Source of the DNA: the human T2T-CHM13v2.0 reference genome, Homo sapiens
Reading direction: 5' to 3' (one strand)
DNA: 64,000 nucleotides
NCBI RefSeq assembly: GCF_009914755.1
Contig: NC_060928.1
Positions 42,682 to 55,964 of this stretch are shown in pieces (positions within the stretch are counted from its first letter, which is position 1; every line of letters starts with the position of its first letter). The position numbers and the translations under genes were made by a program. The notes under the pieces are model-generated. The model worked only from the letters and a program-made list of their open reading frames with translations. It had not been told where the DNA came from and ran no database searches.

Positions 42682-43289
42682 TTAAAATATTTCAATTTTT
42701 GTATTCTAAATTAAAATTTTACTTTTTGTATGACGGTGTTACACATTTACTTTTAGATAATTTTAGATAATTTTTCAGCTTGATAACTAGGACAAAAATA
42801 TTTTCTTAACTATGGAAATTCTATTGTATCTGTCAGGGGAAAGGAAGACAGATGCCTGCTGCTGTTTTCAGCTGGAGTCCCCAGTTCTGCTCTTTATAAG
42901 AGGATTCCATTCAATGTTTTTTAGAGTGGAAGACATTATACTAGCATTGAAAAGGGATGCTTATTTTTTAATGCTTGATATTTTGAGAGTTAAGATAAAT
43001 TACTTCCAAGTATAATAATAATAATTTGTGTAATCTATTATGCATTTGAAAACTCACTAATTATCCCATGAATATTGTGATTTTCAAGTCCCTTAAAAAT
43101 AGATGGGAAGGCTTAAATGAGTGGAAATAAGTCACATAGAATACATACATCTTTAATGAAAAGGGTCCTTTCCTGGTTTCTATATGAAATAGTCTTTAAC
43201 AGGTTTCACAGTAAGATTCATAATTGGGTCAGTAATGTACTGTAAACAATTTTCTGACAAGAAAATTCAGCTAAGATTTGAACTTACGG

Positions 43290-43760
43290 GACATATTCAA
43301 AATTATCAGTGATCAAAGAAATGCAAATGTAAATAAACAATGATGTGACTTGTTAAGCCTATTATGTTTGAAAAGTCTGCCAAATTCATAAACATTATAG
43401 TGAGGATAAAGTAGAATCCTTATTCTCTTAATACTATTGGATACATGAATCTAGTCTTATGAAATTTTAGTACTCTTAAAAATATGTCAAATACCTTAAA
43501 GGCATTCATACTCTCTGACTCCATAATTCTATGATCTATTCTAGGAAAATGTTGAATGTGAAAAAAACTATATGCACTAAATTGTGATTGTATCATTATT
43601 TAGGATAATGAAACATTAGAAAAAACCTAGATATTGAACACCAGAGAAAGGATTAAAAAATGTTGCTACATTAATGTTGCATAGCCATTAAAATATGTTT
43701 ATAAAGTCTTTTGTGCAAAGTAAAATGCTTTTTATCATCATGAAACAGGTACGATTTATA
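43290..43760 (+). mobile_element. Old L1M (L1ME-like) fragment
   Basis: atcaaagaaatgcaaatgtaaa...catactctctgactccataattct; degenerate ORF2 end. Confidence 0.55.
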
Positions 43761-45790
43761 AACCTGACAGAGTTTTCCATCTTAGCCCTCTATTACTCCT
43801 TCTTGGGATAGGAGAAACTTTGCAAGACTGGTTCTTAAATATTTCCCCTCTCTTTCAGTATCGTGTATTTAGCATAACAGATGAATAGTACCTAAGAGTC
43901 AGGAAGAAAAGAACTTAGGGAAACTAACGAAATTAATACTATACAAATAAACAAGTGATACATTGGAAGAATAACAAGGTAAGAGAAAGCTATGAGGGCT
44001 GGAAATTTTCAAGACGGCTTGAGGGTTAATGTGAGAGTGGCCCAGCAGAAGCAGAATTAGGGAGTGAGGTGAGGCCTTCCAAGAAACATGCTTGGATTAG
44101 GACATATAGCACCTTGAATGTTCTTCAAGACAAAAGGAAGATTACATTTTCTTTATAATTACAATTTTGTGACTGGAACTGGCTTCTTTAAGTGAGCCTC
44201 CACATAGGTCTGAGACACGTGCGGTCTCTAATTTTAAGATATATACTATGTAGGTTTTTGGCAAACAGGTGGTGTTTGGTTACATGAATAAGTTCCTTGG
44301 TGGTGATTTCTGAGATGTTGGTGCACTTATCCCCTGAGCAATATACACTGTACCCAATGTGTATTCTTTTATCCTTCACCCCCTCCCACCCTTTCCCCAG
44401 AGTCCCCAAAGTCCATTGCATCATTCTTATTCTTTTGCATCCTCATAGTTTAGCTCTCACTTATGAGTGAGAACATAAGATGTTTGATTTTCCATTCCTG
44501 AGTGAGTTACAATAATGGTCTCCAGTTCCATCCATGTTGCTGTGAATGCCATTATTGCATTCTTTTTTATGACCAGGTAGTATTCCATGGTATGTGTGTG
44601 TGTGTATATATATGTGTGTAATTGCAAAAATATGGAACCAGCCCAAATGCCCATCAATCGAATGATGATGCTGCTATAAACATGAATGTGAAAGTATCTT
44701 TTTCATATAATGACTTCTTTTCCTCTGGGTAGATACCCAGGAGTGGGATTACTGGATCAAATGGTAGATTTACTTTTAGTTCTTTAAGGAATCTCCACAC
44801 TGTTTTCCATAGTGATTATACTAGTTTACATTCCTACCAACCTTCCTACCAACAGTGTAAAAGGGTTCCCTTTTCACCACATCAATGCTAACATCTATTA
44901 TTTTTGAGTTTTGATTATGGCCATTCTTGTGGGAGCAAGGTGGTATCACATTGTGGTTTTGATTAGAATTTCCCTGATAATTAGTGATGTTGAGCATTTT
45001 TTCATGTTTGTTGGCCATTTGTATATATTCTTTAGAAAATTTTCTGTTCATGTTCTTATCCCACTTTTTGATAAGATTTTTTTTTTCTTGCTGATTTAAG
45101 TTCCTTGTAGATTCTGGATATCAGTTCTCTGTTGGAAGTATAGATTGTGAAGATTTTCTCCCACTCTGTGGGTTGTCTGTTTACTCTGCTAATTATATCT
45201 TTTGCTGTGCAGAAGAGTTTTTAGTTTAATTAAGTCCTATCTATTTATCTTTGTTTTTGTTGCACTTGCTTTTTGGTTCTTGGTCATGAAGTCTTTGCCT
45301 AAGCCAATGTCTAGAAGGGGTTTTCCAAAGTTATCTTCTAGAATTTTTATGGTTTCACGTCTTAGATTTAAGTCTTTTATCCATATTGCATTGATTTTTG
45401 TATAAGATGAGAGATGAGGATTCAGTTTCAGTCTTCTACATGTGGCTTGCCAATTATCCCAGCACCATTTGGGGTGCCCTTTCCCAACTTTGTGTTTTTG
45501 TTTGCTTTGTCAAAGATCAGTTGATATGCAGTTGATATCTGACAGCATATTAAAAAGATAATCCACCATGATCAAGTGGGTTTCATATGAGGGATTCAGG
45601 GATGGTTTAACATCCACAAGTCAATAAATGTGATACACCACATAAACAGAATTAAAAACAAAAATTACATGATCGTCTCAATAGACACAGAAAAAGCATT
45701 TGACAAAATCCAGCATCCCTTTATGGTTAAAGCCCTCAGCAAAATTGACATAGAAAGGATATATCTTAATGTAATAAAAACCATCTATAA

Positions 45791-47156
45791 GGAGGGGTCA
45801 AGATGGCCAAATAGAAACAGCTCTGGTCTGCAGCTCCCAGTGAGACATATGCAAAAAGGCAAGTGATTTCTACATTTCCAACTGAGATACCCAGTTCAGT
45901 TCATTGGGACGGACTAGGCACTTGGCATACTCACAGAGAGCAAGGAAAAGCAGGGTGGGGTGATGATTTACCCAGAAGCTGCATGGTGCATAGGGACCTC
46001 CCTCCCCTAGCCAAGGGAGGTGGTGAGGAACGGTGCTACCCGCCTGGGGTACTACGCTTTTCCCATGGATTTTTTCAGTCCACGGATCAGGAGATTCCCT
46101 TGTGAGCCTACACTGCCAGGGCCCTGGGTCTCAAGCATAAAAGTGGGCAGACCTATGGCAGATACTCCCATTGGCTGCTGTTCCCGCCGACACTGAGCTG
46201 CAGGAGTGTTTATATAATTCGTGGCGCCCGGAAATCCAGTGATGCAGAAGAACCATCCACTCTCATGGAAAGGGGGCTGAAGCTAGGTAGCCAAACGTCC
46301 TCGATCAGCGGGTTGCACTCCCACGGAACCCCTCAAGCTAAGATCCACTGGCTTGAAATCCCTGCTGGCTAGCACAGCAGCCTGGAGTCTGCCTAAGATG
46401 ACCAAGTTCCTGGTGGGAGGGCTGACAGCCATTACTGCGCTCTAGTCAATGGTTTACCCCTGCCAGTGTTAGGGAGACTGGGAGGTTTAGACTGGGTGGT
46501 ACTCCCCACAGCACAGCACAGTGGCTGTGGAAATCGTGGCCAGACTGCCTCTTTAAGTGGGACCCGGCTCCATTCCTCTTCACCATGCGGGGCCTCCCTG
46601 CAGGAATTCCAGCAACTCCAGCCAAGGCCTTATAGTCAGAACTCTAATTTCCCTGGGACAGAGCACCTGAGGGGAGGGGCTGCTGCAGTCTCAGGTTCAG
46701 CGGACTTAATATTTCCTGCCTGCCGGCTCTGAAGAGTCTGACTGATCCTGATGAGGGGTATTCCCCCAGCATAGTGCGCAAGCTCTGCTACAGGACAGTC
46801 AGACTGCTTCCCCCGATCCTGTGCCCCCTGACTGGGTGAGACCTCCCAACAGGGGTCGCCAGACACTCCATACAGGAGACTTCTAGCTGGCATCATGTCG
46901 GTGCCCCTCTGAGAGGAAGCTTCCACAGGAAGGAGCAGGCAGTAATCTTTGCTGTTCTGCAGCATCCACTGGTGATATTCATGTGAACAGTGTCTGGAGT
47001 AGACCCCCAGCAAACTGCAGGAGACTTGCAGAAGAGGGGCCTGACTGTCAGAAGAAAAACAAACAGAGCAACAACAACAGCAACATAAAAGATCCCACAA
47101 AAACCTCCTCCAAAGGTCAATGGCCTCAAATATCAAGGGTAGACAAATCCACAAAG
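45791..47156 (+). promoter_or_regulatory. L1 5' UTR internal promoter remnant with YY1 site
   Basis: CAAGATGGCC at 45799-45808; the most GC-rich long tract in the window; many CpGs decayed. Confidence 0.75.
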
Positions 47157-47985
47157 ATGAGGAAAAACCAATGCCAAAACACTGAAAATTCCAAAAGCCA
47201 GAATGCTTCTCTTCCTCCAAATGATCACAATGCTTTTCCAGCAAGGACACAGAACCGGGCTGAAGCTGAGATGGATGAACTAACAGAAATAGGCTTCAGA
47301 AAATGGGTAATAACAAGCTTCACTGAGCTAAAGGATTATGTTCTAACCCAATGCAAAGAAGCTAAGAACCATGATAATAGATTATAGGAGAAGTTAACTA
47401 GAATAACCAGTTTAGAGAGGAACATAAATGACATGATGGAGCTGAAGAACACAGCGCGAGAACTTCATGATGTGAACACAACTATCAATAGCTGAATCAA
47501 CCAAGCAGAGGAAACAATATCAGAGCCTGATGACTATCTTTTTGAAATAAGGCAGGCAGACAAGATTAGAGAAAAAAGAATGAAAAGCAATGAACAAAAC
47601 CTCTGAGAACTATGGTACTATGTAAAAAGACCCAGCCTACAACTTATTGGAGTACCTGAAAGAGAGGGGGAGAATGGAACCCAGTTGGGAAACACACTTC
47701 AGGATATCATCCAGGAGAACTTCCCCAACCTAGCAAGAGAGGCCAACATTTAAATTGAGGAAATTCAGGGAACCCCAATAAGATACTCCATGAGGAGATC
47801 TACTCCAAGGCACATAATCGTCAGGTTCTCCAAGGTCGAAATAAATGAAAAAATGTTAAGGGCAGTCAGAAAGAAAGAGCTCCTGAAGGAAACACTAAGC
47901 ATGCAAAAGAAAAACTGTTACCAGCCACTACAAAAACAAACTTAAGTACACAGACCAACAACACTATGAAGCAACAACATTACCA
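47157..47985 (+). pseudogene. L1 ORF1 remnant
   Basis: MRKNQCQNTENSKSQNAS...EMDELTEIGFRKWVI; in-frame stops; internal deletion at 47877/47878. Confidence 0.88.
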
Positions 47986-50900
47986 GGTCTGCAAAATTAA
48001 CCAGACAACATCATGATGACAGGATCAAATTTGCAAATAACAATATTAACCTTAAATGTAAATGAGCTAAATGCCCCAATTAAAAGACACAGAATAGCAA
48101 GCTGGATAAAAAAGACCAAGACCCATTGGTGTGCTGTATTCAAGAGACACATCTCACATGCAAAGACACACATAGGCTCAAAATAAAGTGATGGAAAAAA
48201 TTTCTGAAGCAAATGGAAAGCAGAAAAAAGCAAGGGCTGCAATCCTAGTTTCTGACAAAATAAACCAACAAAGGTCAAAAAAGACAAAGAAGGGCATTAC
48301 ATATGGTAGAGGGTTCAATTCAACAAGAAGAACTAACTAGTCTAAATATATAGGAACCCAATCAGGAGCACCCAGATTCATAAAACAAGTTCTTAAAGAC
48401 CTACAAAGAGACTTAGACCCCCACACAATAATAGTGGGAGACATAATTATGTCAATAGTCACAGAAAAGGCCTTCAATGGAATTCAACATCTTTTCATGT
48501 TAAAAATTCTCAATAAAAAAGTATTGAAGAACTATACATCAAAATAATAAGAACCATTTATTACAAACTGACAGCCAATATCATACTTAATGGGCAATAC
48601 CTGGAAACATTCCTGTTGAAAACTGGCATAAGACAGGGATGCCCTCTCTTACCACTCTTATTCAACATAGTATTGGAAGTTCTGGCTAAGGCAATCAGTC
48701 AAGAGAAATAAATAAAGGTATTCAGATAGGAAGAGAAGAAGTCAAATTGTCTTTATTTGCAGATGACATGATCCTATATCTAGAAAACCTCATGAACTCA
48801 CCCAAAAGCTTCTTAAGCTGATAAATAACTTCAGCAAAGTCTCAGGATACAAAATCAATATGTAGAAATCACAAGCATTCCTAAACACCAACAACAGACA
48901 AACAAAGAGCCAAATCATGAATGAACTCCCATTCACAGTTGCCACAAAGAGAATAAAATACCTAGGAATAGAGCTAACAGGGGAAGTGAAGGACCTCTTC
49001 AAGGAGAACTACAAACCACTGCTCAAGGAAATCAGAGAGGATACAGTGGGTGAAAAAATATTCCATGCTCGTGGATAGGAAGAATCAATATCTTGAAAAT
49101 CGCCATACTGCTCTAAGCAATTCATAGATTCAGTGGTATTCCCATTAAACTACCATTGACATTCTCCACAGAATTAGAAAAAAATGATTTTAAAATTCAC
49201 ATGGAACCAAAAAAGAGCTTGTATAGCCAGGACAATCCTAAGCAAAAAGAACAAAGCTGGAGACCTCACGCTACCCGACTTCAAACTATACTACAAGGCT
49301 ACAGGAACCAAAACAGCATGATACTGGTAAAAAACAGACAGATAGACCAATGGAACAGAAAAGAGAACCCATAAACAAGGCCACACACCTACAACTATCT
49401 GATCTTTAACAAACTTGACAAAAACAATGGGAAAGGATTTCCTATTCAATAACTGGTGCTGGGAGAACTGACTAGCCACATGAGGAAAATTGAAACTGAT
49501 CCTTTGCTTACACCTTATATAAAAATTAACTGAAGATGGATTAAATACTTAAATGTAAAACCCTAAACCATAAAAATCCTAGATGAAAATCTAGGCAAAA
49601 CCATTCAGGACATAGGAATGGGCAAAAGTTTTATGATGAAATTGCCAAAAGCAATTACAACAAAAGCAAAAATTGACAAATGGGATCTAATTAAAGAGCT
49701 TCTGTGTAGCAAAAGAAACTGTCATCAAAGCATACAGGTAAGCTACAGAATGGGAGACAATTTTTGCAATCTATCCATCTGACAAAGGTCTAATATCCAA
49801 AATCTACAAGGAACTTAAGCAAATTTACAAGAAAAAATAACCCCGTTAAAAATTGGACAAAGGATATGAACAGGCATTTCTCAAAAAAGAGATACATGCA
49901 GCTAAAAAACATATTAAAAAAGCTCAGCATCACTGATTGTTAGAGAAATACAAATCAAAACCACAATGAGATACCATCTCACACCAGGCAGAAAGGTGAT
50001 TATTAAAAAGTTGAGAAACAATAGATGCTGGTGAGGTTGCAGAGAAATAGGAATGCTTTTACACTGTTGGTAGGAATGTAAATTAGTTCAACCATTGTGG
50101 AAGACAGTGTGGCAATTCCTTAAAGACTTAGAAGTGGAAATACCATTTGACCTAGCAATCTCACTAGTGGTTATATACCCAAAGCTATATAAATCATTTT
50201 ATTATAAAGATACATGCACATGTATATTCATTACAGCACTATTCATAATAGCAAAGCATGGAATCAACCTCGATGCCCATAAATGATAGACTGGATAAAG
50301 GAAATGTGGTACATATACACCATGGAATACTATGCAGTCATAAAAAGGAACGAGATCAAGTCATTTGCAGGGACATGGGTGAAACTGGAGACCATTATCT
50401 GTAGCAAACTAACACAAGAATAGAAAAGCAAACATCACATATTCTCACTTACAAGTTGAAGCTGAACAATGAGAATACATGGACACAGAGTGGGGAACAA
50501 GACACAATGGGGTCTGTTGGGAGAGGATGATGGGGAAGAGCATTAGGGAAAAGAGCTAATGCCTGCTGGGCTTAATACCTAGGTGACAGGTTGATAGTTG
50601 CAGCAAATTGCCATGCCACACATTTACCTACGTAACAAACTTGCACTGCACATGTACCCTGGAATAAAAGAAAAAAAAGGCCATCTATGACAAACCCACA
50701 ACCAACATCATTATACTGAACAGGGAAAAGTTCAAAGCATTCTCCCTGAGAACTGGAACAAGTCAAGGATGCCTACTTTCACCACTTCTACTCAATGTAG
50801 TACTGAAAGTCCTGGCCAGAGCAATCAGAGAGGAGAAAGAAATAAAGGGCATCCAAAATCATTAAAGAGGAAGTCTAACTGTTGCTGTTCACTGATGACA

Positions 50901-51639
50901 TAATAATATACCTAGAAAACCCTAAAGACTAATCCAGAAATCTCCCAGAACTGGTAAATAAATTCAACAAAGTTTCAGGATACAAAATAATGTACACAAA
51001 TTAGTAGCTCTGCTATACACCAACAGCTACCAAGCTGGGAACCAAATCTAGAACCCAAACCCTTTTACAATAGCTGCAAAAAAATATGCAAATACATAAA
51101 ATACTTAGGAATGTACTTAACCAAGGAGGTGGGAGACCCTACAAGGAAAAGTACAAAACACTGCTGAAAGAAATAATCGATGACACAAATGGAAACATAT
51201 CCCATGCTCATGGATGGGTAGAATCAATATTGTAAAAATGGCCATACTGCCAAAAGCAATCTACAAATTCAATGCAATTCCCATAAAAATACCATGAACA
51301 ATGTTCGTAGAACTAGAAGATACACAACACTATATTTTAACTGGCAAATTCTCAATGCCAGTTGGTGAAAGAAGAATTTAAGAGAAGAAGGAAGAAGAGG
51401 GGAGGAAGAGAAAGAAAAAAGAAGGCAAGAAAGAAGAAACAAAGGAAAAAAAAGGAAAAAAATTTGTTTATAGAATAATTATATTTAAATGACTTGCTAG
51501 AAAAGTCTATCAAATTAATAGGATATCTATAGTCTTGATAGTGATTTTCCATAAGGAGATAACTAGATTAGTGGTTGCCAGAGGCTGGGAAGGGAGTTTG
51601 GGGAAAAGAGGAGTGGCTATTACTAGTTATAGGGTTTCT

Positions 51640-51930
51640 TCTTTTTTTTCTTTGAGATGGAGTCTCTCTCTGTCGCCCAGGCTGGAATGCAGTGGCGTGA
51701 TTTCAGCTCACTGCAACCTGTCACTGGTTCAAGCTATTCTCCTGCCTCAGCCTCATGAGTAGCTGAGACTACAGGTGCCTGCCACCATGCCTGGCTAATT
51801 TTTGTATTTTTAGTAGAGAGATGGTTTCACCATGTTGGCCAGGCTGATCTCAAACTCCTGACCTCAAGTGATCTGCCCGCCCCACCTCCCAAAATGCTGG
51901 GATTACAGGTGTGAGCCACCATGCCTGGCC
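51640..51930 (-). mobile_element. AluS without TSD, inside an L1M 3' end (~51560-52005)
   Basis: Alu dimer on -; flanks do not match each other. Confidence 0.92.
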
Positions 51931-52144
51931 AATTATACTCTTTAAATGGATGGATTAAATGGGCGTGTGGATTATATCAGCAATTATAACAGCAATAAAG
52001 CTGTTACTGCCCTGCTGTCTGCTTCCCTGCCCCTTGCCACCCCATCCAAAAAAAAAAAAAAAAAAATTGTGATTGTGTTTGCCTGATGGGACATTTGATT
52101 TTTTTCTTATTTTCTTAGCACCTTTTTGAATTTGTTGTAATTAG

Positions 52145-52575
<431 letters not shown>

Positions 52576-53139
52576 TTCTTAAAATAATTTTGAACAGGGC
52601 AGTATACAGGCCATCAAAGGAGACAGTACCATGTGTAAGACACATACTGGCTTTGAGGGGGATGTAACTCCTCAAAGGCTTTTACTTTTCTTCTTATACG
52701 ACACAATAGAAGTTTAGTGTTTTTTTTTTCTAGTCTGATTTTAAATGATTTCATGTTACTCTTTCAACTTTTCACTGTGTAAAACATTTTGATACATTTG
52801 TTTATCATGTCACTATTTCCACAACTATGCTATATAATGCAATGATATCACTGGCTAAATGCTCAGGAAGTTCAAATCTATACCAGATTTCAAAGGCCAA
52901 GATTTGAGTAATTTCTTAATTAGAAACAATAATACAGACCAAACTTGTTCCTTGAAAATGTGGAGAAATCAATATTTAGTATCTATTGTTTGTTAAATAT
53001 TACCTGAGGTAATTAACATATGTTGCATGTAGTTCTCCCAAAAGTAGGATGAGGAGATAGAGCTTCAAAAATGTTAAATAACTTAAACATGGTCCCACAG
53101 TCTGATAGGGCTGGTGTTTCTGATGAAGATTTCCCACTT

Positions 53140-53589
53140 TTCCATTTTTGTGGACCTTCAGGAGAAACATTGAAGTATGGGTACAGTGTGAGTGGCACAT
53201 GAATTGAGTCATGGATTAGAATTTTGAACTCCCATGGGGACACTGATTTTCTACTTTTTCATTTGTATCTTCTTGCAGTACTTTCTTTGTTAATCAAACA
53301 CTATGAACGAAAAGAAATGCTATTTATTAAATCCAAACAAAGATGATTAAAAAGCAAATATTTTAAAAATTAAGTCAAATTAGCTTTGAATTATTTATAT
53401 GTAATTCAGTATATATATATAAATAGATATTATACACACACACATACATATATATATGTATGTGTATATATATATATTATATAGTGCCCTCATGGGAGTT
53501 CGAAATTCTAATCCATGACTCAATTCATGTGCCACTTATACTGTCCCTGTATTTCATTGTTTTTCTCCTGAAGGCCCACAAAAATGGAA
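53140..53589. repeat. Inverted repeat, ~105-bp arms (53140-53244, 53483-53589), 238-bp spacer
   Basis: Manual alignment: 11 mismatches plus a 2-bp indel; 34-bp perfect core. Confidence 0.95.
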
Positions 53590-53827
53590 TTGTGCTAGAC
53601 CCCTCTCATCATTTCTCCATATGTGTCCAATTCTTTCTGAATTCTATAGGAAACACAACATAGACTTTTAAGCTGTAAATTCTGATGTACTTCATATATG
53701 TTTGAAACTAGAAGCTAACTATTGTGTTCTATGAAAGTCTTCTGGGATAAGTTATAAAAGAAATGAATATTATCATTCATGCTAGTTTATTCAGGTTAAA
53801 ATAACTGGTTTATGTTTAATTTTATTT

Positions 53828-54287
53828 GAAATACCATTTAACCCAGCAATTCCATTACTGGATATATATATCCAAAGGCACATAAATCATTCTATTATAA
53901 AGTCACATGTACACATATGTTAATTGCAGCCCTATTCACAAACAAAGACATAGAATCAGCCTAAATGCCTATCAATATTACACTGGATAAAGAAAATGTG
54001 GTACATATAGATCATGGAATACTATGCAGCCATAAAAAAGAATGAGATCATGTCCTTTGCAGGAACATGGATGGAGCTGGAGGCCATTATCCCTAGCAAA
54101 CTAACACAGGAACAAAAAAGCCAAATACTGCATGTTCTCACTTATAAGTGGGAGCTAGATGATGTGAAGACATGGACACAGAGAGGGGAGCAACATACTT
54201 GGAGGAAAGAGAGGATCAGGAAAAATAACTAGTGGATACTGAGCTTAATACCTGAGTGATGAAATGATCTGTACAACAAATCCCATG
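53828..54287 (+). mobile_element. L1PA13-like 3' fragment lacking its tail
   Basis: gagaggatcaggaaaaataact...atctgtacaacaaatcccatg. Confidence 0.85.
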
Positions 54288-54289
54288 CT

Positions 54290-55025
54290 GCGGACTGGCT
54301 TTGTTTTTCTGCCTCCTGATACCACGTTTGGCTATATGATTTCTTTTGGCCAGTGAAAGGAGGTAAAGGTGACTATATGTTTGTTCCAGGCCCAGGCATT
54401 ATGTGATATTTTATACCCCTATTTGCTTGATTTCACTTTTGCTATCACTATTAGAAAAACATGCCAGGCATGATGGCTTACACCTGCAACCCTAGCCAAG
54501 GTGGGTGGATCGCTTGACCTCAGGAGTTTGAGTTTAGCCTGGGCGACATGGTGAAACCCCATCTCTACAAAAATACAAAAATTAGCTGGGTATGGTGGCA
54601 TGTTCCTGTAGTCCCAGCTACTCGGGAACCTGAGGTGGGAGGCAGAGGTTGCAGAGAGCTGAGATTATGCCACTGCACCATCAGTCTGGGTGACAGAGTG
54701 AGATTTTGTCTCAAAAAAAGAAATGAAAAAAGCAAAAGAAAAACATACTTTTGCAAACACATTGGTTTCAAGAGGAAGATGAGATACAAATTGAACAGAA
54801 CCACCATCAAACCAAACTGACCCAGCCAAGATCGGTAATCTCCTAGCTGACAATTCACCTACCAGGGAGCCCAGCTGAGACTAGTAAAACCACACATATG
54901 AATCCAGCTTAGGTCAACCAAATCCTTAGATGGCCTGTAGGCTTATGAGCTAATAAATGCATATATTTAAATCTGCTGATATATTGGGCATTTGTTATGT
55001 AGTGTTATTGTGAACATAGTTAACT
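54290..55025 (+). mobile_element. Old MLT1 LTR interrupted by AluJ
   Basis: ttttggccagtgaaaggaggtaaaggtgac...aataaatgc...gttatgtagtgttattgtg. Confidence 0.6.
54463..54736 (+). mobile_element. AluJ with small internal deletions
   Basis: TSD agaaaaacat (54453-54462, 54737-54746). Confidence 0.9.
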
Positions 55026-55727
55026 CCTAAAAGTATGGACTCAAGAAGTTTGCAGTAAGTTGAAAAGTGGACTGGAGTGATAGAGATCATCTTGTAGGCT
55101 GCTGCAGTGTTTATATGTCAAGTGATCTGAATCAGCCATAGGAAATTAGAATGGTAAGTAAAAGATCATTGCAAAAAGCTGACTAAAAACCTTTCCAACC
55201 CCAGGTTCTTTCTCTGCATTAGAAAGATAAAATTTCAAACTGCATGTGAAAATAATTATTGCTATACATACATAGTGGCATACTAATAAGACTTAAACTT
55301 CATAAGTGAAAGCAGATTGCAAACTGAAAAATGTTTTGTAAGTGAAAGGGATTATTTAGTGAAATGATTATTATGCCTTTCACTATAAAAAGAAATTCTT
55401 ATATTGAAATATCTATAAAATTCTGCTTCACTGAGAAATATGACTTTCTTGGTAATTTCTCCAGCACTTTGAAAGCAAACTATCATAGCACAAAAATATT
55501 AAAAGGCAAATTTTCTGTAAACAGGGATTGTTTTAGTGCATTCTAGTGAGGAATAAGAGATTCTATATATCAGTTCCTGGAATACTGTAATATTTGCTAA
55601 AGGCATAAATAGTTTTCAATAATTTTTAAAGACAAAATGTACTTCTAATAAAATGATAAAATGTAATTCCAACAATCTGCATATTTTTATGAAATTCATT
55701 TATTATTTTGGAAGCATATGTACATTA

Positions 55728-55964
55728 CAGTCATTCCTCAGTATGCCTGGGGCATTGGTTGAAGGAATTCTGCATACCAAAATCCGAGCATATTTCAGTC
55801 TCTCAGTTGGCCCTAAGAAACCTCTGTGCAGGAAAATAAGTCTTCCCTATACATAGGCTTCACACCCCCTGAATATAATATTTTCCATCCACGTTTGCTT
55901 GAAAAAAAATCTGTGTGTAAGTGGACCTGTGCATTTCAAACTCAAATTATTCAAGAGTCAACTG
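55728..55964. mobile_element. MER8 (TcMar-Tigger MITE)
   Basis: ta|cagtcattcctc...tcaagagtcaactg|ta TIRs with TA duplication; ~237 bp. Confidence 0.8.

Larger units (their letters stand above)
45791..50675 (+). mobile_element. Full-length-type L1PA (PA8-PA11 era) with two internal deletions
   Basis: 5' end ggaggggtcaagatggcc; ORF1 ATG 47157; ORF2 ATG ~48016; 3' UTR and A tail; degenerate TSD aaaaaccatctataa (45776-45790) / aaaggccatctatga (50676-50690). Confidence 0.92.
44245..51320 (-). mobile_element. L1PB1-like element with 5' inversion (- at 44245-45523; + at 45540-45790 and 50676-51320), split by a younger L1
   Basis: L1PB 3' UTR aacaggtggtgtttggttacatgaataagttc; ORF2 continues across the nested element. 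Confidence 0.85.

Noticed and set aside
46636-47250. 204-aa antisense ORF in the L1 5' UTR/ORF1 as ORF0
   Set aside because: Wrong position and no resemblance to ORF0; GC-rich sequence has few stops
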